From positions 143,991,162-144,055,161 of the forward strand of contig NC_133618.1 of the NCBI RefSeq assembly GCF_048593235.1: a stretch of DNA of 64,000 bases, read 5' to 3'. The first letter of the stretch is position 1. The number at the start of each line of letters is the position of its first letter. A program made the position numbers and the translations under genes. This DNA is from Sminthopsis crassicaudata. Lineage: Eukaryota. A model generated the notes under the pieces. The model saw nothing but the letters and a program-made list of their open reading frames with translations. It was not told the DNA's origin and made no database searches. Positions 39,950 through 51,904 of this stretch are shown piece after piece.

Positions 39950-42900
39950 TGAGTGTTTTAGCATTTCCTGAAAAAGGGAGAGAATAAGCTGATTTCAGGA
40001 TTTACATCAAGAGGGGTATAAGAGGACTTATACAGACAGGGAACCTCATGATCTTGTAGCCTTTTTTTCCTACTAAAGCTGCAAGCTACTTTAAGGACCA
40101 AGCTCTTTCTCCTCACTTTATTCCCATCTCCATTGCTCCTTACGGTACATCTCTTTTTTTCCTCTTTCACTTTGTAAGACTTAAGAGCCACAATTTTAGA
40201 GGACTGGTGAATATGCACCTTAGCACTGACAGAAGAGATAAACTCGAAATGCAAAATTAGATACATTATGGCCTTCGGCTTGAAGGCTGGCAAGAATCCT
40301 GGAGCTCTGCTGTAGTAACATGTGGTCCAGAGGAGCTATGAGAGTACCAAGTAGGAGCTAATTCCAATAATAAACTTTTCCTTAACACAGGTATACCTTT
40401 CCTTGGGTCACACCCATAGGATGCAGAATTGGGGGTATAGGAGGCATTAACATTATGAAAAAAATAACTTAAGGTGTAATTTTACTTAGAGTTAGAGGAT
40501 CTCATCCAATATGATGGGGCAATGCACCTTTATTTTGGGGGAGAGTTAGGTGGGGGCTGGGTCAGAGACACCTTTCCTACTGGTCAAAATCAAGACAGTT
40601 TCCTAAGGAATGCATAGAGAATAGTTCTGATTGGTAAAAGGGATTCGGTGTTTCCCCCAGGGAGACTGGGCCTACTGATTAGTTCTCTACTTCCTAGTCT
40701 CCTTAATTTCCCTGGGCACACTTACCATTTGACTGCCAGGCATGCTATACCAAGTTTCCAGGGGGACACAATCGGCTAGTATGTAGAATTTGAGGAAGAA
40801 TCATTGTTCCTTAAGCAGAGCCAACAGTTGGTAGAGTTGGTAAGGACACAACTTTTTGAACACGAGATATAGGGGTCAGACAAGGGGTGACAAAAGAAGA
40901 AAAAAGACTAAGATCAGGAGGACAAAGAGAAGGGAAGAGTCCACAACCCATGATAGGTGAGAGGGACTGTGATTACCATAAAGAAAAGTATTAGGGTCAC
41001 TATCAGTCTTCACAATTGGTAAGGTATTATGTGGCTTCAGAAAAGCAAAAAAAAAAATAAATAAATAAGGGAAATGGAATAAATGAGCAAAAATTCAGTC
41101 CTTGCCTCGAATCTTGGGAGAGTAGTCTGCTTCAGATGTCATCTTCTTGGTACTGGTCAGACGAAGTCTTAGTTATTCAAGAATTTCAGCCATCAGAAGC
41201 AGTTAGAAGCAGAGGCTCATTTTAGCTGAGGGATGAATCCAACTATTGATGCCTTTTAGTTTGATGACAATTGGGTTTGTAAGAAACACTTGGTATAAGG
41301 TCCTTCCTCCATCAAAGTTGTAAGGCCAGAATAAATTGCTATCTTGAGGAAGTGAATGCAGTCCACCAGCCATACCTGGAAAGGTTCCTCAGGGAAAGAG
41401 AAGTTCCCAGGAGGCAATCTTACACTGCAGATACACCTCACAGGTAAAGCTCTCCTGAATTTTCCCCACTAGAACTTACATACTAGTACAAACAATTTCT
41501 TAGGGCACCAATGGCACAGAGTATAGATAGTCAACTGGGTTGGGTCAAGAAGTTGTACCAGACGAAACAGTCACTAAGGCCATATCATAAACCAGAAGTC
41601 TTGTCCTGAACATGTCCTTCCCTCCCACATCTCTCCAATGCTGCTTTGGTCATTGTATCAGGGCCAAGAATATGTCAGTTGGGACCAACACAAGAGCAGA
41701 AGAAACCTCAAGAGGGGCTAATAGGGTTATACAGGTAAAGAAGTTCAAGCTAGCCTCTTTGTCATGGTAGTCAGCAAGGATATATCCCACAGCACAGGGA
41801 GAGTTCTTTTTGGAGTATCCCAAAATTAACTAGCAGACAATAAAAGAACAAAGTAATCTGTGTACCTGTTCCCCATTCTTAATTGGGGTACCAGAAGACG
41901 ACAAATCCTCAATATTTCAAGAGCAACCTAAAATCATAAGGTGTATCTGCTATCAGTAAAAATGTTCACTCTCTTATCCTTAACTGAGCCAGCTAGCATT
42001 GGGTGACTGCCTCAGACTTGGTTTGCTATGTTGAGGTGGCAAAGGGGGGAAGACCAGTCTCTTTTGTAGTAGTGATGATGCACCTGGAACCTTTCTGAAA
42101 ACTCATTTCTTAGGAGTTGTCCATATTCTCCAGGGGAGTTTCCTTAAGATCTTCTCTGAAAGACAAAACAGAGTCTAACACTTTAGTGCAGTCATGATTA
42201 TTCAAGTAGTTGAGATCATTTTCAGGGTTTGTCTAAAAGGAGACTAGGTTCCTGGTGTTAATTCTACAAATAGTCACATTTGGTCTCAACATCAGGGAAA
42301 TTTCTACCCTAGAGAGGCAGCTCGCCTGAAAGTATTGATTATGATGTGAATTAAGTACAGCTTCAAAGCTTGGGGTACACCTATTGGCAAAGGATAAGCA
42401 AGCATGCAGTCTTCAGTTTGGGAGAAACCCAGAGACAAGAAGGAAAATCCTTCACTGTAGGATCCAAGGTCTTTGGTGCTTTGGTTTGGTTTGTTTTTTT
42501 GCCAGACAATTGGAGTTAAATGACTTGCCCAGAGTCACACAGCTGTTAAGTGTTTTGTGTCCCAGTTTGGATTTTAACTCAGGTCCTTCTGATTCCAGGC
42601 CAGTGCTCTACCCACTGTGCTATTAAAGGGGTCCTTTGTTTTTGTTTTGTTTTTCCCCCCTTTTCTGGCCAAAAATAGATGAAATTTTTCCTGCTCCTTG
42701 TAAGGTGATGAGGTGCATGTGACAATACACATTTGACAAGTTACAAGATCTTTCTCTTAGCCAAAAAGTACATTTATTTAGAAGAGGTTACAGATAAAAT
42801 ATAGAGGTAAAATAGGCAATATTGCCTATTGGGAATATAGGAATAATTGAGGTAATTTAGGGCAGGAGAATTCATGGACATTTAAAAGGCATTTGGAAGG

Positions 42901-44720
42901 CAGTGATGAACTCTTCTGTCCATGTGAAGGGTTCAGAAATACAGAAATACAGGCCTTCAAAGGATCATAGAGGGGTTGGGAAGTGAGGTAGAAGGAAGAA
43001 GGCAAGAGTTCATTGATCCTACCAAGTCAAGCAGCTGGCACTTAGTGGTGGATTGTGGAAACTTTGTGATTGAAGTTAAGCAACCAAGATCTAAGGGAAA
43101 ACTCTAAGTAGATATCAAATGGCTCCCAAATTTAACTATAATAAAGGCAAGCTGCAACTTTTCCTTGGAAGCTTTGTGTCTCCTAGGAGCAAAGGAAGTC
43201 AGAAGAAAAATGAAGTTGGAAATTTATGATTCCTTGGTGTAGAAGCAAGGGAGAAGGTTATCCATATTCAGCAAAAGTGTGGTATTAATAGAGAAAACAA
43301 GGCTGGCTAGACCAGAGTGAAGTGCTTGAGAAAAATAAGTGAAACTTTCAGTATAACCCTGTGGTCTGAATATACTGACAATCCTCCCAAATAATGGCAA
43401 AAAGGAGCTATTAGGATCTAAGAGAATGCTGAAAAAGGCATTGCCGAGATAATAATTATAAAGCTTGTGGAACTGGGAGTTGGAAATGTGTAGGAAAAGG
43501 AAGTGTGAGGATTTGTTAGCTATCAGCAAGAGGATACTGTGAAACCCTAGGGAGAGGTTTGGAGAAGTGGATTTGGTTCTCCTTTGGAAAGGCATTAAGG
43601 GCTCTCCCAACATTGGTATTGCTAGAGATTTACAGGAAAGAGGAAACCATTTACAAAAGTTGAAAACAGAAGGGGAAATAAATGTGACAGTATGTGGTAG
43701 TGAAGTTTCAAGCCCCCCAGTTGTAAAAGAAAGATTTCATGGGGAGAGGAAAACTTATTGGTGACTTTGTAAGCTTCAAGGAAGTTATGTCCTGCAAAGT
43801 GAACAGGGTAATTGGGGGATAGAAGAAAAAGACTGGAAGTATCACAAATGATGAAAGGAAGAGGCATACTGAGGAACACAGACTGGAGACAGAACTCCCA
43901 AGGAGAGAGGGTCAGGAAAACTAGTGGGGTTTGTAAAAGAAAGGGTAGCACCACTGGGTTTCAACCAGAAAGATCTAAATAGCCTGAGAGGCCATTATGA
44001 TGGGAATCTTGTCCACAGATGAGACTGACCCCTCAAAATTCTTGGAACCCTGTTATTGCTAGGGATTCTTTGTCCAATTAGATTCATAAGAGGTGATCTC
44101 AGAAGGGGTTCCCTTGTAGGGGCAGTGAATTAATGTGTCAACTCCATTGGAGAGAACAGCATTAATTTTTCCAAGTTTTTTGCAGTTGAAACAAACCTTT
44201 TTATAGGGAGACTTTGGGAAATCCAGCCTGTTACTGAAGTTACAGCTACAAATTCACAATCATATCTTTTTTTAAACTTTTCCTTTGTCTATTTGGCTTT
44301 TTCCTTAGAGTAGTCTAGTAACTTGGAGCTACATTAGTATGATCAGAAGAGGAGGTAGTTTTCTGGTTGAAATGTCCACTTCTTACTAGATCAACAATGT
44401 TTCCTGAATGCCTTTGAGTAAGAGTAAGTTAAAAGTGGCAAGAGTATTGGGAATTCCTGGAGGAAGACTAGTTTATCCTCAAGGAACAAGAAAGCCATTC
44501 TAGAACTCAAAACCAAAAACATACTCTCAGATATGTTGGTGCAGATGTGGATCTGACTCCAGTTAGCATCCTTAGAGAATCTGTCCTGGATTTACTGTTT
44601 TACTATTTAATGTGTTTCTCAGGAAGAATTTCTCCTTCCAAAATATGTCAAGGAGGTTAGTCTTCTTGATTACCTGGAACTAGTGGTGGAATTTTTCAGG
44701 CCCAATAAAGAACCTGAAAA
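39950..44720 (-). mobile_element. Mosaic of degenerate class I ERV gag-pol, interrupted by a WSINE1 (about 42490-42630) and an LTR fragment
   Basis: RT PQGYTESFTYFSQAL (43224-43613); RNase H VNIFTDSRY at about 41950; IN EGPY at about 41290; a second RT-thumb piece at 39958-40293. Confidence 0.8.
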
Positions 44721-46363
44721 GAACTACATGCAATTCTTGAGTGAATCCTGAATTTCTTTCTGATCCTTGAGGAATACTTTGACCAACATTTGGAGTTCCA
44801 TCTTGGTCTACAGCGTGAACACTATGATTGCTCACTCGGGAATCACTACTACCAATCTCTCCTAGCTCCCAGGCCCTCAGAGGAAGCTCTGGCCACAGTC
44901 CTTTGCCATGCTTATACAAGTTTTACCAAGCTCACCTCTGTTGGAGGTCTTCAGAGATCTCTGGCCACCACTTCATGGAGTAGTACTTTAATGTACATAG
45001 AGCATCAAGAACAGTCATATGCAAGCTCAAGATGCTTTATTCACGTGTTCTTACCCTATCCTTCTGACCTCCTGCTCACTCTGTTCCTCCTAGTAGAACT
45101 CCCCATCAAAGAGAGCTACTTCCTGGTCCCTACAGCTTATATTGGGTCTATGAGGTAACATGCACAGCCAATTAGAGCAGGAGACACCTCCTGTTGATGA
45201 CGCGTTCTCAATGTGACCAGAGCTCCCACCCACGAGGTGGTCCATGCTGGTCACAGAAAACCACTTCTGGGGATCTTGGGCTTCCAAGGCCTTTCTGCTT
45301 CTGGATTGCACTGTGCATGACTCCTCCCCTGACCCTTATAATTCCCTTCTCTTGTAAAGCGGGGACCGCTCATCACATCAAACTCAATTTAGCATCAGCA
45401 ATAGCTCACTTGATCAATGAGATTACAGAGTGTCTATAGCTGAACACAGGCAAACAAAAGTATGATGGTGAGAATCAGGCCCAACAGGGGCTAAAACCAA
45501 GACTGGGTAACGTGGTGTCCAACCCGCTCAGTAAAGCAATGCTCAAGGAGACAGGAGGTCACAAGTCTGGGGCTTCAGTTGTATTCACCTTTTGGTAAAG
45601 AAAGGCATAGAGGAGGGTGCACACAAGCAAAGTCATGTCCTGCAGCACTGCCTCAGTAATTGTGGCAGGTGGCGTGCAGGCTTTGCCTATAAGTGGAAAA
45701 CAGGTGAAGTCCCCATGAACAGTGAGGAGCCATGGGAGAAGCGCACAAGCCCATTGTCCAGTTATCAATCTGTTTGTGTTGCCCCTCACCCAGGACAGTC
45801 CCTTTCAGCTGCCACATGGGAGCTGTGTCTGCCGTCTCTGGTGTCATGGTCAGGAGGGATATGGCTGCCATCAGCTTCTGGAGGGCTGCTGATGTCTGGC
45901 CATCCCTCTGGGCTGTCGTCTAGTCCTTCTCGGTTCCCTGTTTCTGGTGGTAATCCACTCCTCTGCTGCTGGGTCTGCATCTGGAATGATAGGAGCCTAC
46001 CCAGGGCCCCAACCCTGACCCAGCCCAAGCCCTTCCAGATGCCACATAAACCCTTCCACATCACTGTGGGCAGGGAGCTCTTGTCCTTGTCAGCCAGACT
46101 GTTGGTTAGCTGGCTTTCTGCGTGTGCCAGAAGCACATTGCTGGGGTGAGAACCAAAGAACTTGAAAATTGCAGGCAATTATGTTGTATGTATTGCCACA
46201 TCTCGTGTAAATCCCAAAATTCCCTTCTCTTGTATGAATGGGAGCATCTTGGGGGTATGAATAGTCTGTCCAATGATGGCTTGGCCAGTAGGGTTATTTG
46301 GGATGCCAGTGGAATGGGCAAAGCCAAATTCAGTGCAGAAGGACCTGAAGGCAGATGGATAAG

Positions 46364-46678
46364 TGTAAAGGGCTAGAACTGAGCCAATGCACTTGGATAA
46401 TGGAGCATGTGAGACTAATTGCCAATTGGACAGTTCTCTATTAACTTGTTTGAAGGTTGATCTTCCCCAGCTGTTCTGTGCTGACTTGATTGGTAGGACA
46501 AAGAGGGGGAAGTGACGTGTGTGGGTGGGGTAGGAGGAGGAAATGTGGTGGTTGAGAGAGGAAGGTGTGTGTGGAGATTGCTAGATCTAATCCCCTGACC
46601 TTGACCGTAAAAGATCAAGAATAAAGACGTTTGGTGATCCTGATTCCGACTGATTTCTGGGAAGACAGAGTTCCAGCA
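46364..46678 (+). mobile_element. Solo LTR with a perfect 6-bp TSD, inserted in integrase
   Basis: tgtaaag...ttccagca; AATAAA at 46620; TSD gataag at 46358-46363 and 46679-46684. Confidence 0.93.
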
Positions 46679-47551
46679 GATAAGCTGGTCTACTACCTGT
46701 CTTAAGTGCATGGGAGATTCCTACAATGGAAAAATGGCTGGTCACATACCTGACTGCTGCTCCAGATTGGAGCAAAACCATAAGGAATTGAGATTGTATA
46801 TCTATGGTAACATGGATGTTCTGCCACTCAATGAGTGTTGTCCATTTGCCACAAAGTATTGGATCTCAAACCACAAGGGTTTTTCCCTGGAGGAAGCATA
46901 GGAGTGTGAAAAGGAAGGCAAGCTGTACAGTCTTTTGCTATGTTCCTAGCTTCCTCTTTAGTTATCCCAGTTTTCGAATGTAGGGCTCTAGCAGCTTGAT
47001 GATAAAAGGTAGAATTTGAAAGTCCACTATGAAAATGGACATACAAAATATAACACTTACCTGAATGCTTCCTTACTTGCTTTTGAAGTTCTTTGAAGAG
47101 CTGATATATATTAATTAGAAAGTATAAATTTTATTTGGGCTGTGGCAATTCTTTGTACCACATCTACTGAATAAGCCAAATCAAAAATTATATTTACATA
47201 CCCAGTGCAAGGCTTGGAGCTGTGGCCAATAAATTTTTGCACTCTGGGATGGTTTCACAACACATCAATTTGCACATTGGTATAAGAAGTGTATATTTTG
47301 CCAGGTCTTGTCCCAGATAATTGTACTACTCTCTTAATGGCTTTTATTGAAATTCTAGTTACAAGCACTGGGTACTGAATAAAATTTTGTTCTGTTGTTC
47401 TGGGACATTCACCCACTTCATCATACTGTTTCCTTGCTGAAGGACTGCTGTGGGTGCCTCTTTTGTAGCAAAAACTGATATTTCTGATACTTTTTGAGTG
47501 ACTCAATTTTATTAGATAAAGCCAATTCAATCTCTCTTGGAATCTCTTAAC

Positions 47552-47782
47552 CAGTGGTCCTCAAACTTTTTAACTAGGGGGCCACAGTTCACTGTCCCTC
47601 AGACTGTTGGAGCACCTCATACTCTGTCTCTGCCACCTCAGCCCAGTGCCAGAAGTGTGCATTACTAACGCAAGCTTAGGTCGAATGTCACTTCCAGTTT
47701 GATTTTGCCATAACCCAGTGGGCCACATAAATATCCTCAGTGGGCCACATTTGGCCTGCGGGCTCTAGTTTGAAGATCCCTG
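47552..47782. mobile_element. OC1-derived MITE, about 230 bp
   Basis: OC1 termini; 8-bp TSD ctcttaac/ctcttaag. Confidence 0.9.
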
Positions 47783-48029
47783 CTCTTAAGCTTCTTTTGT
47801 GAGCTGGCATGGTGAGTCTAAAGCACTGTCTCCTCTTAAAATATCATATAATGATGATAATGACTTAACTTTTAGAGATGCTTTTCTTACAGGAGTAAGA
47901 TCAGCAGCCACATGCATTTGACACATAGTTCCCTGTGGCAAAACTATCCTTCAAATCCTTTATGAGGTTCAGCTAAATTAATGCTGGGCACTGAAAAGAC
48001 AAATTTCTTCATATCCTCCTTATCTACAG

Positions 48030-48848
48030 CAGTGTTTCCCAAAGTGTGGTACGCAAACCCCGAGGGGTACGGGAAGAGTTTGGTGGGGATATGCACTGCA
48101 CCGTGCTTAGCTGTGCCTAATTCTACGTTCTCATGAGTCAAGTCAAGACAATCTTGTGTGGCGTGAGATGATCCAGTGTGAGACAGCGTGAATATACCAC
48201 ACTTCTATAGAGACAACTTACTTCGTTAATAGTTAGTGGCTTCTCCAGGCACCTGTGTATTTTTAGCTTTTGTGTGATTTTTCTTATAGGAAAGGTTTAT
48301 GCTCTTTAGTAAGTCCCACTGATTTTTGATTATTTTTATATAGAAGGATGAAATTGTGCTGAGGTAACAGATCATCATAATTTGATTCCCTGGTTGTTAA
48401 TTTAAATATGAGATGCGGCTCCACATCCAATAGTCTGTTCTTTTTTTGACTTAATGTCTACAAATGCTGAAAAAGCAACTTCACGTAATTATGAAGTTGG
48501 AAAAGGCAAGATGTATTTCAGAACTTTTTCTGTTAAAACAGGATACACATGTTGCATTTGTAACCAGAATGATGTTTAAGTACACTCCTTATGTTTATTT
48601 TTCAAGAATCTGAAGCCAGTTCCAACAATTGTTCTTCTTCCACATGCAACACCTTCTGGCATGGATTTAAATTTTATTATGAATAATTTTATTTTTTGTT
48701 TATTGTTATTTTGTGTATGTACCAAAAAAAGAGAAAAAATACATTTTTTGATTGTTGTTAAAATACATCCAATTTTTTGACGAGGCGTACTCAGCATTAC
48801 GAAAATTATAAAAGGGGTACACATATGTCAAAAGTTTGGGAAACACTT
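48030..48848 (+). mobile_element. Non-autonomous hAT/Charlie-type DNA transposon
   Basis: TIRs cagtgtttcccaaa / tttgggaaacact; 8-bp TSD atctacag/atctagag (Charlie-type NTCTAGAN target); orientation tentative. Confidence 0.85.
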
Positions 48849-49600
48849 ATCTAGAGGGATAGAATAGAAATAATCCTTAATCCAAAAAGACCAAAATTCT
48901 CTAGGTAATTGAGGAGATGGAAGCCTAAGCTGAAGAGCTCCCATTGTATCCCATTTACCTTTCTTGAATCAATCAACATTCTCCATTCTCCAAATTTCCT
49001 TTTTATAACAAATTCAGGGGAATTCCAAGGATTTAGAGAAGCTTGGAAATGTCCTTGGTTAAGTTGCTCCTGTGCTGTATCTAATGAGACCTGAATTTTT
49101 TCACTTTTTAAGATGTCTATTCCCCACTAATTGATGGGGAGCCTTCCAATTGTAAAATAAATAAAGATTTCTGTCTTATTTTTAAATTCCCATCTCAAAG
49201 AGGCAGCACTAATTTTAGCTACTATAGATCCTTTTGTGCCAGACATATAGGTGTTTGCTGTAATCTTTAGCCAGTTTCTAGACCAGCTGGCACCTCTAAT
49301 ACAATCTACATCTGTATCTACCAACCTTTTCAATGGTATGCCATTCATATGGATAATGAGCAAAGGACATTCAGCTGTAACAGCTTCAGTCTATAATATT
49401 CCTGAATTCTGTTGCTGGAAATCAAAATTTGAATAACTATCACCAAATTGCATTCTAGGAGTATGAGTCAATAAATCTAATGTTACTTCTCCTCCTAGGT
49501 CACAGATCGTACATTGTCTTATCTATATTATTGATTGGGACAATAGTTACACATTCCTCAGTTTCCCAAATCAGTATATAAATAGACACTATCTTATAAG

Positions 49601-49850
49601 TGTTAAGGTTCAGGTCAATTCTCTGAAAGCCTCCATAGTTGTGCATCATAGGATGAAGGAGTTGTAGGGCAGCCTTTGCTGACACAGGTGTTGTGGCCTG
49701 GGAATGAGATAAGTTGGAGGCAGAGGGAAGAGGAGAGAGATCAGACAATGCAATGGCCTCTCAGTCTCCCTTGTATCATCCTCTCACAAGGAGATCCATT
49801 CTGGGCTGGGTCTCCAGCAGCCACTCAGGTGGCTCGCGTGTATTTCAACA
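49601..49850 (-). mobile_element. Solo LTR in the dUTPase region
   Basis: Minus strand tgttgaaatac...cttaaca; 5-bp TSD ataag at 49596-49600 and 49851-49855. Confidence 0.9.
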
Positions 49851-51028
49851 ATAAGCACTCTGGGTGAAGCAATCAGGCTAACTGTGTGAAAGGGAAAGAT
49901 CTATAAAATGAACAAAGACAAGTTTCAGCTCTCCAGAGAATATCTTTGAAATGGAATGAATGATATGGGAGCTTTATTCTTCTTAATAGACATTACCCTT
50001 AGTAAGACACACCTCTTGAGATGTACTGTCAGGAATCTTTAGTATAAAGGTTCAAATGTTAATTCACATTCTATCTCTTGGTACAACTTTTCATTTTGGG
50101 AATTCATCTCCAAGTATTCTAGAACTCATTCCCAACCAGGCCACTGGCCCCATTACTCAGTTCCCTGATAGAAAAGCTATCCAGATCTGTCATGTAGATT
50201 ACTGAGACTGGGCTTGAGGAGAGAATGTTTAAAATATTAAAAATGAGATCATTTATTCCCACACATAGCTGAATAGAAAAGCCTTATTCAATAAAGCTTT
50301 GTTATACATCACAGCTGAGCATTTTATCCTTCTCTTATGTGGTGATATATTCCTCTCATATTTATTGCTTATTTATCCTTATCCCACAGTTGTTTTCAAA
50401 CCACTAGGAACAAAACAATGCATAATCCCGTAAGTTTTAAGCATTTGTGACTTTGAAGCTTAAAAGAACAATTCTAGCTTTGCATTGTTTCTGCCCCCTC
50501 CCCCCTTTCTTTCTCTGGATCTTTATGGGCCCTTGTTGCATGTCTTCTGCCAGTAATGGGACTATGAAATTTTATCACTTTGAACTCAATAACATTTACA
50601 GAGATAGACTTGTAAGCAAAAGAAACCAAAAATTACAGTGATAATTATAATGGCTGATATCCATGTGTTCTAAAGGATTAAAAAAGCATTTCATCCTCAT
50701 CATTCTACTCAAATCTGACTTTATTTTATACTAAGAAAACTAGTTCCCAAGTTCAGGGATCAAGAAAGATTCAAAGAGTTGTGCATCTTACCCAAAGTAA
50801 TACAACCAGTAAAAGAGTAATGTTGCTTTTATGTATTGTCCTGTGACTACTACACTCCTTATTACTATGCAATGTTGCATCTTAGAGGAGTAGATGGTAT
50901 GAATATAGAGGAGTTTCATCTCTTATAGTCATCAGAGTTGTTGAAGTGGAAACTTTTAAGTAAATTACTTACTGGAAAAACCACAGTCCTTTCTACTGGG
51001 TCTCCTCTATCTCACTACACATCCTTAG

Positions 51029-51612
51029 TGAACTATTGAAGAGTATCTGAGGGAAAGAATTTTCATTCTTTGAGACTTTCCCATTTCAATCCCACTCAGG
51101 GCAAAGAATGAATTTAACCCAATTTGTCTTTTGCCAAGATGAACTTTGAGCCTAGCATCCCAACTCTGTCTCAGCTACAAAGCCTATACCAGTCACTTCT
51201 TCATGTCTTTTTTGAAATTTCTAATCTCTGAACTACTGAGGGGAGCATTTCTAGCCTCTTTCCTATTCACATAGATATTCAAATTTAGGCATACCCAATT
51301 CTTGGAGAATCTATACTTTGGCCAGAAGACGTTTCTTCCTAGGTGGACACCAGTTCAAACTAAACAACATTTTATAATTTTATTTTTATATTGTCTCTTA
51401 TACTTTGGTACATCATCCCAATTATGCAATCTATTCCTGAATGAACTATTAGGGAATATCTGGGGGAAAGGATTTTATCTTTGACTGAAATTTTCCCATC
51501 TAAACCCCACTCAGGATGAAGAGTGAATTTAACCCACTTTGTCTTTTGCCTAGATGAATTTTGAGCCTGGCAGCCCAACTCTGTTTCAGCTGCAAAGCTT
51601 ATGCTAATCACT
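51029..51612 (+). repeat. Diverged direct repeat of about 170 bp (51029-51197 and 51442-51612), probably within LTR-type DNA
   Basis: tgaactatt..tatctg..gaaag...gaatttaaccca..ttgtcttttgcc.agatgaa.tttgagcct..ca.cccaactctgt.tcagct.caaagc present in both copies. Confidence 0.85.
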
Positions 51613-51904
51613 AAGTATCTTGTCCCAGATATCTTGGTGTCAAGGCTTGCAAGGGAAACCCTCTTCAGGAGCCCTTGCCAAAGACTTCCCACCATCCTCT
51701 GCCTCCCAGTCTCATCAACACATCTGGACTGAACATTATACCTACCTGTCCAGTCACCCAGGGTCCTTACCTGGGTCTGTACACAAACTTATGTTACTGC
51801 TGCATTTATTTTTGCTTTGCCAGGAACTCCGGAAGTTCTGATTTCCCCTTTAATTTTTCTTTTCCCCTACCCGGTCCTCTCCTCAGGTTTAGCCTCGCTT
51901 GAAT

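Larger units (their letters stand above)
44814..49880 (-). mobile_element. Betaretrovirus-like ERV: dUTPase/pro, deleted pol, internally deleted env, PPT and 3' LTR 44814-45340
   Basis: Protease LVDT.VD (49127-49363); RT KFVFSVPSINLAEP (47944-48141); IN HHCC and NP.GL.SN.LWQMD.TH (46828-47046); PPT aagagaaggga at 45343-45353. Confidence 0.9.
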
